A DNA stretch of 53,861 nt, counting the filler, from Sphacelaria rigidula (lineage: Eukaryota), in the NCBI GenBank assembly GCA_964200075.2. It is 3 parts of 3 records of this genome, joined end to end, with 100 filler letters (N's around TTAATTAATTAA, not from the genome) between each part and the next. Parts side by side here need not be neighbours in the genome. Positions count along the whole stretch, not along the records: positions 17,991 to 35,876 come from CAXNAA020000971.1; positions 35,977 to 53,861 come from CAXNAA020000972.1; 1 more part is not named here. One strand, 5' to 3'. The notes under the pieces are model-generated. The model saw only the letters and a program-made list of their open reading frames with translations. It was not told the DNA's origin and ran no database searches. The first letter of the stretch is position 1. Each line of letters starts with the position of its first letter. This document shows, piece after piece, positions 24,124-36,556 of the stretch. The position numbers and the translations under genes are program-made.

Positions 24124-24932
24124 TGGAGATTGACCAGCCACAAAGAAATGAAACGCGATTATGCTGTTCAATTTCAAGCCCTTTTGCACGAAATTCTGTC
24201 ACGATGTGCATGAGGTATGTTGTAAAGACCCTTTTGTACCCCCTTGACTTTTTTAATTCAATTAATTGTTGACGCTTTTGTACCAGGAAACGTTGTTCCG
24301 CAATTTCCATCACCAATAACTCACGAGGGAAAAAAAATGAGGGGGGAACGATAGGGGCTTCGCACATACCTTATGCACATCGTGTCAGAATTTGATGGAG
24401 AACGACTCAAAACTGAGCAGCGCAACCGCGCTTTTTTGTTGAGACCCGGCTGACTTGCTTCCAGTCTACAGCAACCTCAGCCGGAAGTTTGACGTTCTCT
24501 ACAAGCTTTCTTCACCCACTGCCCACCGGTTTGTACACTACCATCAGGCGCCTTGGCGCGCTGGAGGCCTTGTCTGCGTGCCATCTCGGACACCGCGCAC
24601 CTACAGTACGATATGCATTGTTTTACAATCACAACTAGTGCAGCACCACCACTTTGCGGCCGCAGCACAACCGACTGGAACAGATGATACGATTTCGGCC
24701 GTCTTTTGCCCGAATTCCGCGGCACATGTCACCCTCAACTCTCTACACTTTGCAGCTGACTACAGTTTGGTATTCCATTTGATGGGAACTTGTCGGATCA
24801 CAGTGCTACGTGGATTGAAAGACGCGCTCTGATTTGAAGATCACGACGATGCGTCATAGTAGGCATAACTCGCGATATATCGTCATTTAGAACGGGCTGA
24901 AGGAAAGTTTCTTTTTTCGGCGGCCCAGCCTG
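24124..24932 (-). mobile_element. partial second copy of the Tc1/mariner-like non-autonomous element
   Basis: Ends ...GGCGGCCCAGCCTG|TA at 24932. Reverse complement aligns with 33696-34450; the other TIR was not found. Confidence 0.8.
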
Positions 24933-25599
24933 TAGTAATTCAAACTCAACCGGGCGTCTGAGCAGCTGACCCTTGTGTCTGCCCTCTGCTCTTTCCTCTG
25001 CTCATCTGTCAGCTTCCAGCTTTTAGCAAGCAACTTGCTACTGTTATCTGCATTTTATACTCATTACGCAATATCTGGAGAACTGATTAAAAAATGAACA
25101 TTTCCTCCACATCTTTCGAAGATGATTCGCGATTTAAACGAAAACACGACCCGTTCTCCCACTCTGCTCCCTATCCCATCTCCCATACAAGAGCCAGGCT
25201 ATCAAGTATTCACGCCAATGTTTTTTTTTCACAGAACACTGATTTCTCAGAATCGCGAGGGCCTGGGAAGACATGTAGTTATTCTCGTTTCTCCATAGTC
25301 ATTGAGTGCTGTTTTTGATGACAAAACAAATACCGTGGTATTTTTTGTCTTTTCACTCACTTAACGGCGTGACAACGTCGTCTCTTTTTTTCCTCGCCTT
25401 ACGGACGGCAAAGAGAGACCCAAAAAATATTTCGCCTTCGGCGAAATTATCACGCCGCACGCTGCATACGTCGCATTGCAGATCGTGCGCCTTTCCTCAT
25501 TGTCAGTCCGACATGCTCAAACGTGACACGCTTCACTCGAGGGCCGGAGACATTGAGGCTGACCCTTTGCAGTGTGGGACCTTTCTACCTCGTCCTCTT

Positions 25600-27500
25600 T
25601 ATTGTCATCTTTTCTTGAGGCGTCTGACCCAGGGATGGGAGATAAAGGTTCCGAAGGGGTCAAAATTCTCGTAAGGCCAAATCGTGGTTAGTACGTGTGC
25701 ATCGCCTGGATCAATAATGAAAATATACCAAATCGTGATTTGCCCACTCTCAATTTCTATGGAACGACCGATTATCGTATAATTCCCGTCTTTCATTTGT
25801 GCGGCACGAATCTGGTATGCATTTTGCCGTACGTCATTCGTACAGCGTGAATCGAATGAGAATTGTTTCACCGATGATTCGTGGAGCGCCAATCAAACCT
25901 TCCTTAACCCCACCCGTGATATGTGCTCTACTAATCTTTGGCGCGACTTCTCAACCACTTGTCTAGGTGTTCAACCAGGGTGAAATTCTCAATGAGTTGA
26001 ATCATTTCCTGAGCATGGTTCGTGACGTACGAATCAAACGCAAGTATTTCCCCCTTGTGATCAAAACAGCAGGCTTCCCGCGAGTCCGTCGTCATAATAG
26101 TCCGCGGTTGTTTCACTAGTATTTTGCGCGGACGCTGAGATTTTAATATTGAAAGGGGTGATCCGTCCAAGCGTCCGCCAGTATGCGTAGCACACTTTTT
26201 CGCTCCAATCGACGCCGACGGCATCCCCTGCGCTCCCCTTGACCGAGGGCTCCCGGTCTACGTGGGGTTGGGTCAGGGGTTGGGTTGAGCAGTCCCAAAT
26301 TGTGTCAACCATGGGGTATTTTCACGAACGTGCGTCAAGTCTTCTCAATCAAAGGTATACGTTGCCGACGGCCGTTTCATATGAGACAGGTCGTACAAGG
26401 GTTGATTTGTTGGATTTATATGACACGTGGAAAATCAGCAAGAGCGACACCGGAGCTTGCTTCGATCTATAGCTCAGAAACGACGGTTGCAAAAAGTGGA
26501 GGTTTTCGGAATTGATATATTTCAAAATCATCTACAGTCAGTGAATGTCGTTGTTGACCATTTCTCGCGTACCTCTTTCTGACTACAGCGATCCAAGGAT
26601 TGTGACTGACATCGATAGAAAGCCAAGTGGCCCTCATATGAGCTATAGCAGTTATTGCCTCAACGTGTATCAGCTCGTAACTCAAGCCTTGTAAAATTGC
26701 GATGGCTTAGCGACGGCATTCCACCGCGATATATGATCTTGGAGCATCTTCGACCAAAACCGGTCGCATTTTTGATCAAGATGTGAGTGACATGACATAT
26801 CTTGTACGGCAATCTTACTGGCATCGAGCCTCACGGCGAACAAAAAGCGAGCGCGAGGTCTTCGTGTGTCCTTGCTCATTTTTTCATCAAAGCTTCAAGT
26901 TCACCACATGTCTTAGCTGTCCGTATTGGTTCTCGGACAACGGCGCTTGCCGCCGTTACATACCCACAATAGGTGGCGCAACCAAAATTGGACTGATGAA
27001 GCAGCAGCACAGCGCACGAGGAGCAGTGGAACTGCATGGGACACTGCGATGAGCGCGCCATATAGTCGCGAAATCGCCGCAGGTTACCCGAGTATTTTTG
27101 GCTAACTAGCGCGCATCACCGAGATGCAAGGTATCACTACTCGACGACCCACCGAACAGCTCGTGAACCCGAGTTGGCGGATGCTACATCGTGTTCCTTC
27201 AATAATCCAATCTTCAATCACCTGCCTGCCAATGACACCGTGTGAATTTCCTTCACAGTCCCTGCTTTCGTGGAAGGCATTTAATAAGACAGCCTGCGAT
27301 AAAACTTCAGCTTCCACATCGGTGTGGCCAAAATGGTCGCGTCTAAGCTCTTCACGTGCGAGCGAAGCTCTCACAAGACCATCTTTGAACTGCAAGAAAG
27401 GCACGCGTAAATCCGCCGAATCCTATGTGCACTTGACAGAACACGATCACATCCGAATGGAACCAAAAATACCGTAAACCGGGTCCTATTTCGTTCCGAG
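25600..27500 (-). pseudogene. heavily decayed Ty3/Gypsy pol relic (RT-RNase H-integrase order)
   Basis: Minus-strand fragments in Gypsy order: VPFG..RVL (RT), ILQGLSYELIHVE (RNase H end, cf. LQ.F.Y.I.H..G), VKQFSF...DVRQ and SG...YIFIID...FG...WV (integrase). Many stops and frameshifts. Confidence 0.45.
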
Positions 27501-27521
27501 ATGACATGCATTGCACCCGCA

Positions 27522-27600
27522 GCCGCCACGCCCCTGTGGTCAAACTGATGCAGCATCAGCCAGTTTGGGCGGAAGTAGTAGGTTCGAATCCCGGCGGCAA
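27522..27600 (+). mobile_element. tRNA-like SINE head
   Basis: GCCGCCACGCCCCTGTGGTCAAACTG (leader + A-box-like)...GGTTCGAATCCCGG (B box). No acceptor stem. Confidence 0.55.
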
Positions 27601-30570
27601 CGGTTCATTTCAGTGCTTCTTGTCGCGCAAGGCGTGATGAAATGCGTTGACAAAAATCCAGACGGAAGTCGACAGAGTGCGGAAGTGCTCATCGAAAGCT
27701 CGATAATTAATAATTGCATAGCAGGTACCAGGGGAGAGATGGGTTGATCTCTCCAAACTACAAATTCATCCCGACAAATAGGGGCAGATCAGAGGGACGA
27801 TCAAAATAACGTGGGCTTTGACGCAGGGACCCAGTTCAGTAGGTCCACCCCAACCAGTACAGAAGTACACACGATCGAATCTGCCCTACAAAAACATCCA
27901 TCGCCATATATGAACCATTTCAAGATCATCGAAACGTGAAAAAGTCAAGTGTGACGCTCGACATGTGAACACCCCTGCTTAATTCAATTCCAAATGGTCC
28001 AAGACACAGGCATGGGGACACGATCGCTTCTCCCTGAAATGGGAATCTGTGCAAAAGCTATCGAATGGGCCAGTCTCAGTCGGAAATACAATCAGGCTGT
28101 GTGTCGGACCAGAGATTGGATGAGAAAGGGGTTGCGTTGGGTTCCTCGGCAACATTCGTTGAAGGTATCATTATTTTATCAATCGAACGCAGTGAAACAT
28201 GTGTCTGTCGGCTTTTCCACGAGAGGTCATGTCATGTTTGTTGCCTCTCACGCGCTCAACATCAACTTCCTGGCGATGAAGCAGGCGCTGGCTATGTCTG
28301 AGTGATGCGACAAGGATTGCGAATTTTGTCCCTCCATCCAAGTCCCAAATGCTGCGTATAATTGCACGGAGGACATTCATTTGCAGCTGAGTGCAGCGGA
28401 TTCAGCGTTTTTTTGCAAAATTTCCCACGTTCAAAAGATCCTGGCGGTGGCAGATCAATCTCTCAAATTTTCAACATTTTCAACATTTTGAAGATGACCG
28501 CACGCGAGCTGAAGTTGTGGACCATTTTCGGATGTTCTTCATTTTTTACAAGACTAAAACTGCAGAAAGAAAAATACGGGATACCACATTACGATGGAGG
28601 CATGCGGCCGAGGTACTTCAATCGATCCCTACCGACTTTGCACATAACCTCATCTGCCCGGCGCGACCACTCCTGCAGAGCTGTGCTTACATTACGATGA
28701 TGCACATCGTGCCATACACATCACGTTCCTCTTTTGACTAGTAGACGATGAATACGAGCGTGTTTGTTGAAAGGAAAACAGATTTTCATAGTTGTGCAAT
28801 ACCATAATCATCGTATCGTCGTTCGCCGATGTCACAAGCATGTGGCCGTCGTTGTGTTCAGATGGTGTATATGATGATATGCTAGTGGGCAGGACCTGAC
28901 TCCCAAGCCTGACTGTGATATTGATATAACCTTCCCCACATCGGACAGCTCATGAGCTACCTGAATATTACTTATTACTAGTATACCAATGAATCAATCA
29001 ATCAAAAATGATCCGGATCATGAGCTCGCTTGGCCCCTGGTTCCACCTTGCTCCCTAGAGCGGTGGACGCCGAGCACGGGGAGCAGCTCAAAGGTAGCGC
29101 TTCGGCTTTTCGGACCCCGCTGTCATCTATTTTGTGTTATTGGGCAATGGATCAGAGAGTTATCTTCGATTAGCTATCTCAGGTAGCTCATCAGCTGTCC
29201 GACGTGTAAACCCTTCAACACAGGTTCCTAAAGGCACTGGGAAAGCTCAGGCATCGGTTGGGTGTCCCACTGGCCCCCGATCTCGACGTACACGTCCCCT
29301 CGGACTCGCCCGTTGAATGCTCGCGGTGTTTTGGTAAATATTCCGAAGTAAAGTATTTACTGCAATGCTTTTTACCCCCCTCGAGCTTTGCTGGTTTACC
29401 CAGAAACCTTCGCAGCACGTGTCGGTACGCATCATACCCACAGTCATACTGGACTGTTTTTCAGGGGTCTACTCGTTACACGTTCAAGTTCACGTTACGT
29501 TCATCACGTAAAAAAAAAATTTAACGTTCACGTTACGTTACGTATGTCACGTTCAATAAATTTGAACGTTAAGTTAACGTTTCATATTGAAATTAACGTT
29601 ACGTTCATCACGTGAAAATAATATAACGTTACGTTTCGCTACATGTAACGTAATATGAAACATTTCAATGTCATGTGTAACGTCTAATGTAACGGTACGT
29701 TGACACGTGTAACGTTTGAATGTAACGTTTCATTCTGTGCATGTCGCGGCTCATTTACCAGTGTTTAAGGCGTTGTAACGTGTCGTTTAAGGCGTGATGT
29801 TACCGTGTACGTGACGCTGACGGTGACCCGTCGGCTAGTTCTCATGTATAATTTTTTTTTGAAAAAAACGCGTTTTCTGATAAGCCACTTCATATGATAT
29901 CAGAAAACGCGTTTGAAATCCCGCCGCACGCCAACACACCCTCCAGCCCACGACAGCAGCCATGGGTGGCTTGGCTGCCACCACCGCTACTGCCGCTGGT
30001 GCTCGCGGGTAGTCAGCGTGTTGTTTCATTGTCCTTCGCTCGCCAGTATCATGGTAGCTCTTTACCCCTATGAGAACAGCACAGGGCAGTGTCGATGACG
30101 AGTGCTGTACAAACACTCTGTGTGTAGTTTGCACAGACAGTAATGTAGGTCGTATTTCAGGTCTGTGCATGCAGCGTGATGCGAACAGCACTCGCGATGC
30201 AGTACAGACTGCCCACGCAGCCAAGACTTGTGGAGACAGGACCGCACTGACCGTACACGCAAGACCACAGTATAAGCAGTAGTGCTACTGCTGTAGTGTC
30301 TACAGGGCTTGGGTGCTTGGGCAGTCTGTACTGTATTCGAGTGCTGTTTGCACTACACTGCATGCAAAGACCTGAATGGAGCTACATTACTGTGCAACCT
30401 ACATACAGAGTGTCTGACAGCACTCGTCATGGACCCTGCCCTGTTTTGTTCTCATGGGGGTGAGGGGTAAGGGCCATCACGCTACTGGCGAGCGAAGGAC
30501 AATAAAGCAAAACGCTGACTGCCCGCGAGCACCAGCGACAGCAGTGATGATCGCAGCCAAGTCATCACTA

Positions 30571-30879
30571 CAAACAAGGTTTTCGTGAGATTGAGAGCAA
30601 ACGGTAGAGGATACGATTGAGAGTGAAAAGCGGTCAATTAGTGAATGAATCGTTTCAGTTCCGAAATGCCCCTCCACGAGGCTCAATATGCTTTCTGTAG
30701 TAACTTGCCACTGCGGCCCTTGATATCCTTGGGTAGGATATCGACGTGTAGCTTGGAGCACACGCAAGTGATGAAGGGGAGAAGAAGCGCACACGGAATG
30801 AATAATTGGCTGAGTTGAAGCGAATGAACAAAGCAACTACCAATCAGCGCTCTACTCTCAATCTCACGAAAAAGTTTAC
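30571..30879. mobile_element. small MITE, second copy of the GTGAGATTGAGAG-TIR family, nested in the hAT element
   Basis: TTTTCGTGAGATTGAGAG at the left end and CTCTCAATCTCACGAAAA at the right end. Interior homologous to 18887-19035. Confidence 0.7.
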
Positions 30880-31149
30880 AGCCAATGCATACAATACAGT
30901 ACTGTTGTGTGTACTCTTGCCCGTTCTTTCCTTTCACTCAAGTACTACCGTGCAGTGAAAAGCACAACCGTCACTTCTATAGTCAGTTATTAGTACAGCA
31001 CGGCGGTGTTCGTATTGATCGTCTTGCGTCACGCAGCCCACCATGTACTGCTCAGGCAATGTATTACAGTGGTACAGACAGTCAGTACGGACCGTACACC
31101 ATGACACGACAGCAGAGTGCTGCGTCTATCTCGCGCCCCCCAGAATTTG

Positions 31150-32069
31150 AAATTATGCCTGCACATTGGATTCCGCAGGAACGATCGCAATGGCTACAAG
31201 ACTTTTTCGTACAGAGCGGTGCTCGAGATGACCAACTGCGAGCGTATCGAGACGACTATCCACAAACGTCAACTCTGCTTTGCGGGAGCCCTTGTCCGGC
31301 AGAAGGACACACGCCTTCCCAAACGTGTCATGAACGGTCGGCTTTCCACACGAGGACCCAAGGACGTCGGCAGCCCCCCCAAGCAATGGGAGGATACCCT
31401 AAAGGAGAACCTACGTGCACTAGGGGCTGTCCCGCACAAAGGAGCCCGACGAAAGTGGTTCGTCTACGGTGTAGAGGGTAACGATGCATACGATTGGGTC
31501 ACTGCGGCGAAGGACCTGGGCAAATGGTATATTAGAGTCGAAAAGGGGGCGGAAGAGTTTGAGGACACGTGGCGACGCGCGGACAAGCGAGAACCAGACC
31601 GCCGTCACAAGCGAGAGGCTGCTGCCTCGAGGGCTGTCAATCGGAAAATCCTGTCCGCTCATACCGGTTGTTTATTATGTCCTTAGTCGGTGGCTCTGCG
31701 GTACCCACTGGTGTGTGTCTGTATCTACTCTGCTGCCCTGAATCCCTTGGGCCTTTTCCTTCTTATGTTTTTTTTCCCATCGTTTAATTGGATTTCATTT
31801 CATTTGCTTTGTACGTTCCTCTTCTCTTATTTTTTTCTTGTTTCAGGTCGGCCATTTCTTTCTGTGCTTTGCTTGTGTTGTCTTTTTTTATTACTTTTTT
31901 TTTGTCACGACTTAGTCTGCTATGTCGTTCTGTTCGACCCCTCTTTCTTTTTCTCTGTCCTTGTTTTTTTCGCAGAGCGTGTTCCATTTTCATTGTCGTT
32001 TTTGTTGGGTACGTCTATCATGAGACCACGGCTGGACCCCTGGGGTCAGTTAAAGTGCGACAATCAATC
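31150..32069 (+). mobile_element. 5'-truncated RTE-clade LINE (ORF2 C-terminus to 31686, T-rich 3' UTR, (CAAT)n tail)
   Basis: Open frame IGFRR...SYRAVLEMTNCERIETTIHKRQLCFAGALVRQKDTRLPKRVMNGRL...PPKQWEDTLKENL is the typical RTE post-RT C-terminus. Ends CATGAGACCACGGCTGGACCCCTGGGGTCAGTTAAAGTGCGACAATCAATC. Confidence 0.88.
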
Positions 32070-33695
32070 CTTAAAAAAAGAAACACCTCATAGAAAACGG
32101 TGAGCACTGCGTTTCCAGTTCTGACAGCGCGTCGATTACGTAAGAAAGGCTACTTTGAAAAATTATGTGGAAAATCGCGCTGTTGAGAAACGGTTTTTCT
32201 CACAACGTGTTTTGTTATACACAAGAAGTAGCCTTGAATGTGGTCGAGATAATTATGATGTTATGGTTGTGACGTGTGGTGGGAAAAGCACGGAATTTCT
32301 GCAATAGTATCATACCTATACCATGGTCATTCAAACTCACTCGTGTTTATTGAAGCACCATCTTCCAGGATTTTAAAATACATTGCAAACTTGAAGTTTC
32401 ACTACTGCATGTGACGTGTTCATGACGTTTCATGTAACGTGTAACGTAACATATAACGTTACGTATAACGTGTAACGTCTAATGCACGTGTAACGTGTAA
32501 TAGACGTTACACGTTACATGAAAAGTTTCATATTACGTGATTTGAACGTTTGGGCAATTTAACGTTCACGTTACGTTACGTTACGTATGTCACGTTAAAA
32601 AAAATAACGTTCCGATAACGTTTCATTTGAGACTTTAACGTCACGTTCACGTTACATTCATCACGAAGAAAAAATTAACGTTCACGTTACGTTTCGGCCA
32701 AAACGAAACGTGAATGTAACGTTTAACGCTGTGGCACGTGTAGCGTGTAGACCCGTGCTGTTTTTCTACTTGTTCCCTGTTGTCGAGTTATCAACATCCA
32801 TCCAGTAGATTGAGTGATGGCTCGTAGTCCAAAGACATCAAGTTTCGGACTATCTTGACCCCAGAGGCAAGTAACACGACTCTAGTACCGCTGTTCAAAC
32901 CAAGCACATCGGCATCCGAGTAGTTTTCGAGCGCAAACTCTAAAAATGGAAGAAGGAAAGTTGGTCAATTATTTTGATCGTGTATCTGAGACCAGCTTGT
33001 ATTTCACACGCACCAGATGCAAATGACATCTTCCGAATTCACCGTGTTGCCGCATTTCTTGCGTTTCAAGACATTTTTTATGGCGATGCGTATTTTTCCA
33101 CACCCTGGACAAAATATTACACTGCCGAGAAGTGTACTGCGTACAGTTATGGGGGTGAATGAAGGCCGTACCGACCAAAAATCTGTTTCCCACAAAAACT
33201 AAAATGAACGCAGAGAGATTTTGAAGACGTATTTATGACGTATTGAAGACGTCATGGACTGTTCGGACCTGTGCCGAGCATTACACACGCTCCATCCCAA
33301 GTTACCCAGGTTTAGTATGCGACAGATGTAATTTTTTCATCGCAATTATCTCGAGACAGGAAGCACAGCGGCCTCTGGAACTTCACAGCCCCCCGCACAC
33401 ACACTACACCTATTCAGCCCCGCAAGCGGATTTGCTCAATTCGCCACAGTGGATCCGAAAAGCCCCAGAACGTTGCAGAAAACGCGTTTTCGGTACATTT
33501 CGTGTTTGGCTTCGTGTTTGGCGCAGCGGTTTGCTAGCGCAAAATGATTCACCTCCGGAACCACAAGCACACATGCAGCTGAATTGCAAGCCATGGTGTC
33601 TTATGCATTTTGTGGTCACGGATTACCGTTTGTTTGCTATTTTTGATTCCAGATATCGTGCTATGAAACGACAAACCCGGCATATATCCGCAATA

Positions 33696-34795
33696 CAGGC
33701 TGGGCCGCCGAAGAAGCGGACTTTCCTTCAACCGGTTCTACCTGACGTTCTACTGCGAGTGGTGCCTGCGACGACACATCGCGGTAATCTTCAAATCAAC
33801 GTGCGTCTTTCACTCCACGTAGCCCTGCGATCTGACAAGTTTCCATCAAATGAAATACCAAACTGTCGTCAGCTTCGAGGTGTAGAGAGTTGAGGGTGGC
33901 ATGTGCGGCGGAATCAGGGGGAAAACACGGCTGAAATCGAACTTACGGTTACAGTCGGTTGTGCCGCGGCCGCAAAGTGGTGGTGCTGCACTAGTTGTGG
34001 TTGTACAACAATGCATGTCGTACTGTACGCGCGCAGGGTCTGAGATGACATGCAGACGAGACCTCCAGCGCTCCAAGGCTTGTGTTAGACAACGTCAAAG
34101 TTCCGGCTGAGGTTGTCGTAGACTAAAAGCAAGTGAACCGGTTCTCGACAGAAAAACGCGGTTTCACTGCTCAATTCGAGTCCTTTTCCATGAAATTTTG
34201 ACACGATATACATTAGGTATATGTGAAGCCCCTACCGTTTCCTCCTCTTTTATTCCTTTCTTCCTCGGAACAGTTTTTTCTGGTACAAAAGCGTCGACAA
34301 CTAATTGAAGAAAAACAAGTGTCCAGCGACGACAGTAGGGACTTCATAACATACCTCATCCGCATTGTGTCAAAATTTCGTGAGAAAATACCTTGAAATT
34401 GAACAACATAACCGCGTTTCATTTTTTCGTGGCTGGTCCATCTCCACCTAGGAACCGGTCTTCGACACGGACACGCGATTCAACAGCTCAATTTTGGGTC
34501 GTTTTCCATGAAACTTCGACACGATGTACAGGATGTACATGAGAAGACACCATCTTCTGCCCCCTGCATTTATTTATTCTTCTCCGTGAGTTATCCGCGG
34601 CCAAACATTTCAGAAAAATTTATTTCGGAACGAAATCTTGAATAACTCCCGAAAAAAAAATGTAGGGGGCAGAAGATGGTGTCTTCGTACATACGTCTTG
34701 TATATCGTGTCGAAATTTCATAAAAAAACGACCCACAATTGAGCTGCTAAATCGCGTGTTCATATCCCTGTCCGCGTCTTGGGCGGCCCAGCCTG
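33696..34795. mobile_element. Tc1/mariner-like non-autonomous DNA transposon (1100 bp)
   Basis: TA|CAGGCTGGGCCGCCGAAGA ... TCTTGGGCGGCCCAGCCTG|TA: 14-bp perfect TIR (19 bp with one mismatch) and TA TSD. No transposase ORF; internal palindromes. Confidence 0.88.
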
Positions 34796-34831
34796 TATCA
34801 CTTCGACGTGTAGTGACCACGAGTACTGTAG

Positions 34832-35003
34832 TGATTGATTTGATTGATTGATTGATTGTCGCACTTTAACTGACCCCTCAGGGGTCCAGCCGTGGTCTCA
34901 GGATAGACATCCCCAAGAAAAACGAAACTGAAACACGCTCTGAGGAAAAAAAAAGGGGGGGGGGTCGAACAGAGCGACATGGCAGAATAAGTCGTAGCAA
35001 AAA
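34832..35003 (-). mobile_element. RTE LINE 3'-end fragment
   Basis: (GATT)n followed by GTCGCACTTTAACTGACCCCTCAGGGGTCCAGCCGTGGTCTCA, the reverse complement of the 32017-32069 terminus. Confidence 0.85.
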
Positions 35004-35359
35004 GTAGTAGTGTACCGTCTGTACCTAAACTATTGCCAGGTGCAGACCCCAATCCTACTGTCATTTTGTTCGTAGTCGTGTAAGCATCTTTGTTATAATA
35101 TCACCATATTAAAAATGGTATAAACATAGCCGGTAACGGCAAACTTCAAATAAACTGGATAAACGGAGTCCTCATCACCAGTTGCAGTGAAACTCCAGTT
35201 TCAGTTCAACTCCCAGTACAAACTGGTCCAGTTCACAGCCCCAAGTATTGGGGCATGGGGTAGACCGTGGTCGTCATACTGCTCCTGGATGTGACGGTCA
35301 AGCTTTTTAATTCGTTTCTTGTCCAATTTCAACTTGTTGTGCGTCCAATCGGATATTTT

Positions 35360-35682
35360 CAAGGCTCTACACGTTACACGTTTGCGTTCACGTTACGTTC
35401 ATCACGTCTGTAAAATTTAACGTTCACGTTACGTTTCGTTTGGCACGCCAAAAAAAATGACGTTACGTGAACGTTTCATTTCAAAATTTAACGGTCACGT
35501 TACGTTACGGTCATCACGTTGAAAAAATCAACGTTACGTTTCGTTACATGTAACGTAATTTGAAACTTTTCAATGTGTAACGTTCGATTGTGACGTTTCA
35601 TTCTCTGCATGTCGCAGCTTACTTACAAGTGTTCAAGGCGTTGTAACGAGTCATGTAACGCATGACATTACCGTACACGTGC
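35360..35682. mobile_element. left end of another copy of the ACGT-array hAT-like element
   Basis: CAAGGCTCTACACGTTACACGT followed by the same GTTCACGTTACGTT array. Collinear with 29462-29815. Confidence 0.8.
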
Positions 35683-35876
35683 CCATCGTAGGTTTGTAAC
35701 GGAAGAGCCTAGCTTGACCGCGTGACACCAGCCCCGAGATCGGAACAGTAAGGTGTTTCACAAACCCCGGTATCACAAAAGACCGACGCGTTGTGAGTTA
35801 TCAGTCCAGTTATTTTGTCGATGCGGAGAGACTCGGGAACCATTTCCGGGGAGAAAGGGGCGTGGTCGTTGTGGCG

Positions 35877-35976
35877 NNNNNNNNNNNNNNNNNNNNNNNN
35901 NNNNNNNNNNNNNNNNNNNNTTAATTAATTAANNNNNNNNNNNNNNNNNNNNNNNNNNNNNNNNNNNNNNNNNNNN
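35877..35976. other. artificial contig-joining spacer
   Basis: 44 N + TTAATTAATTAA + 44 N. Confidence 0.98.
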
Positions 35977-36489
35977 GGCAAAAAACGAGAAGGTATACCT
36001 TTTCTAGTCCATTGCTCTAATTTAATTCAGTGCGTTCTATTGAATTTCAATGCAGAGGTTACCCTTCGGGTGTGAAGACGATACTGTACTGCGTACCAAC
36101 CGCGGCGTGACGCCTGCGGCGGTGCTACCTGCTCACTGCACAGCGGCAGGGTGCAGGGTGACAAAGCACACCGCAGAACGTCGCATCCTTAGTCTATCTA
36201 TCTCTCTGTCTGTATATATATATATCCCTGTCCTGCATTGATTTCGCGTTGTCCTCTGCAGTTCACCACATCATGGGCGCAGCCGTTGTATCGCAGCCAA
36301 GGTGTACGCAGGATATAAACCTCCTCGCCACGCGCTATTTTGTTACGTGACATTTTGTAAGGCTGTCCGTGTTGCAGCTACAGCGTGCGTTTGCCCCAGG
36401 TGGCGCACGCAGGAGTGAAAGGCCGCCTCCGCCGCTGTAATGGTTGCCTGTATCTTGGGCGAAGCTGTATGGTAACACAGCCGCGGCTG

Positions 36490-36556
36490 GTGCGCCCACA
36501 TATACAGAAAGGTGGAGACCGGTGTCCAGAATTGATGGGACGACAACACACACAGC
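36490..36556 (+). mobile_element. 3' tail of SINE family 2 (or of its partner LINE)
   Basis: GCGCCCACATATACAGAAAGGTGGAGACCGGTGTCCAGAATTGATGGGACGACAACACACAC matches the 3' end of 1868-2222. Confidence 0.65.

Larger units (their letters stand above)
29462..32757. mobile_element. hAT-like non-autonomous DNA transposon with nested MITE and LINE
   Basis: TIRs CAGGGGTCTACTCGTTACACGT (29462) and reverse complement CACGGGTCTACACGCTACACGT (ends 32757). Perfect 8-bp TSD CTGTTTTT at 29454-29461 and 32758-32765; ~350-bp ACGT-rich subterminal arrays at both ends. Confidence 0.88.

Noticed and set aside
25541..25572. GGAGACATTGAGGCTGACCCTTTGC resembling the HCF101 GDIQLTLC motif
   Set aside because: Wrong strand relative to the HCF101 exon and needs a frameshift; likely chance.
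27900..28750. Coding-looking fragments on the plus strand
   Set aside because: Broken frames with no motif I can name; may be a decayed transposon ORF, but unsupported.
31690..32103. Phe/Leu-rich 'membrane protein' ORFs
   Set aside because: Translation of the T-rich LINE 3' UTR.
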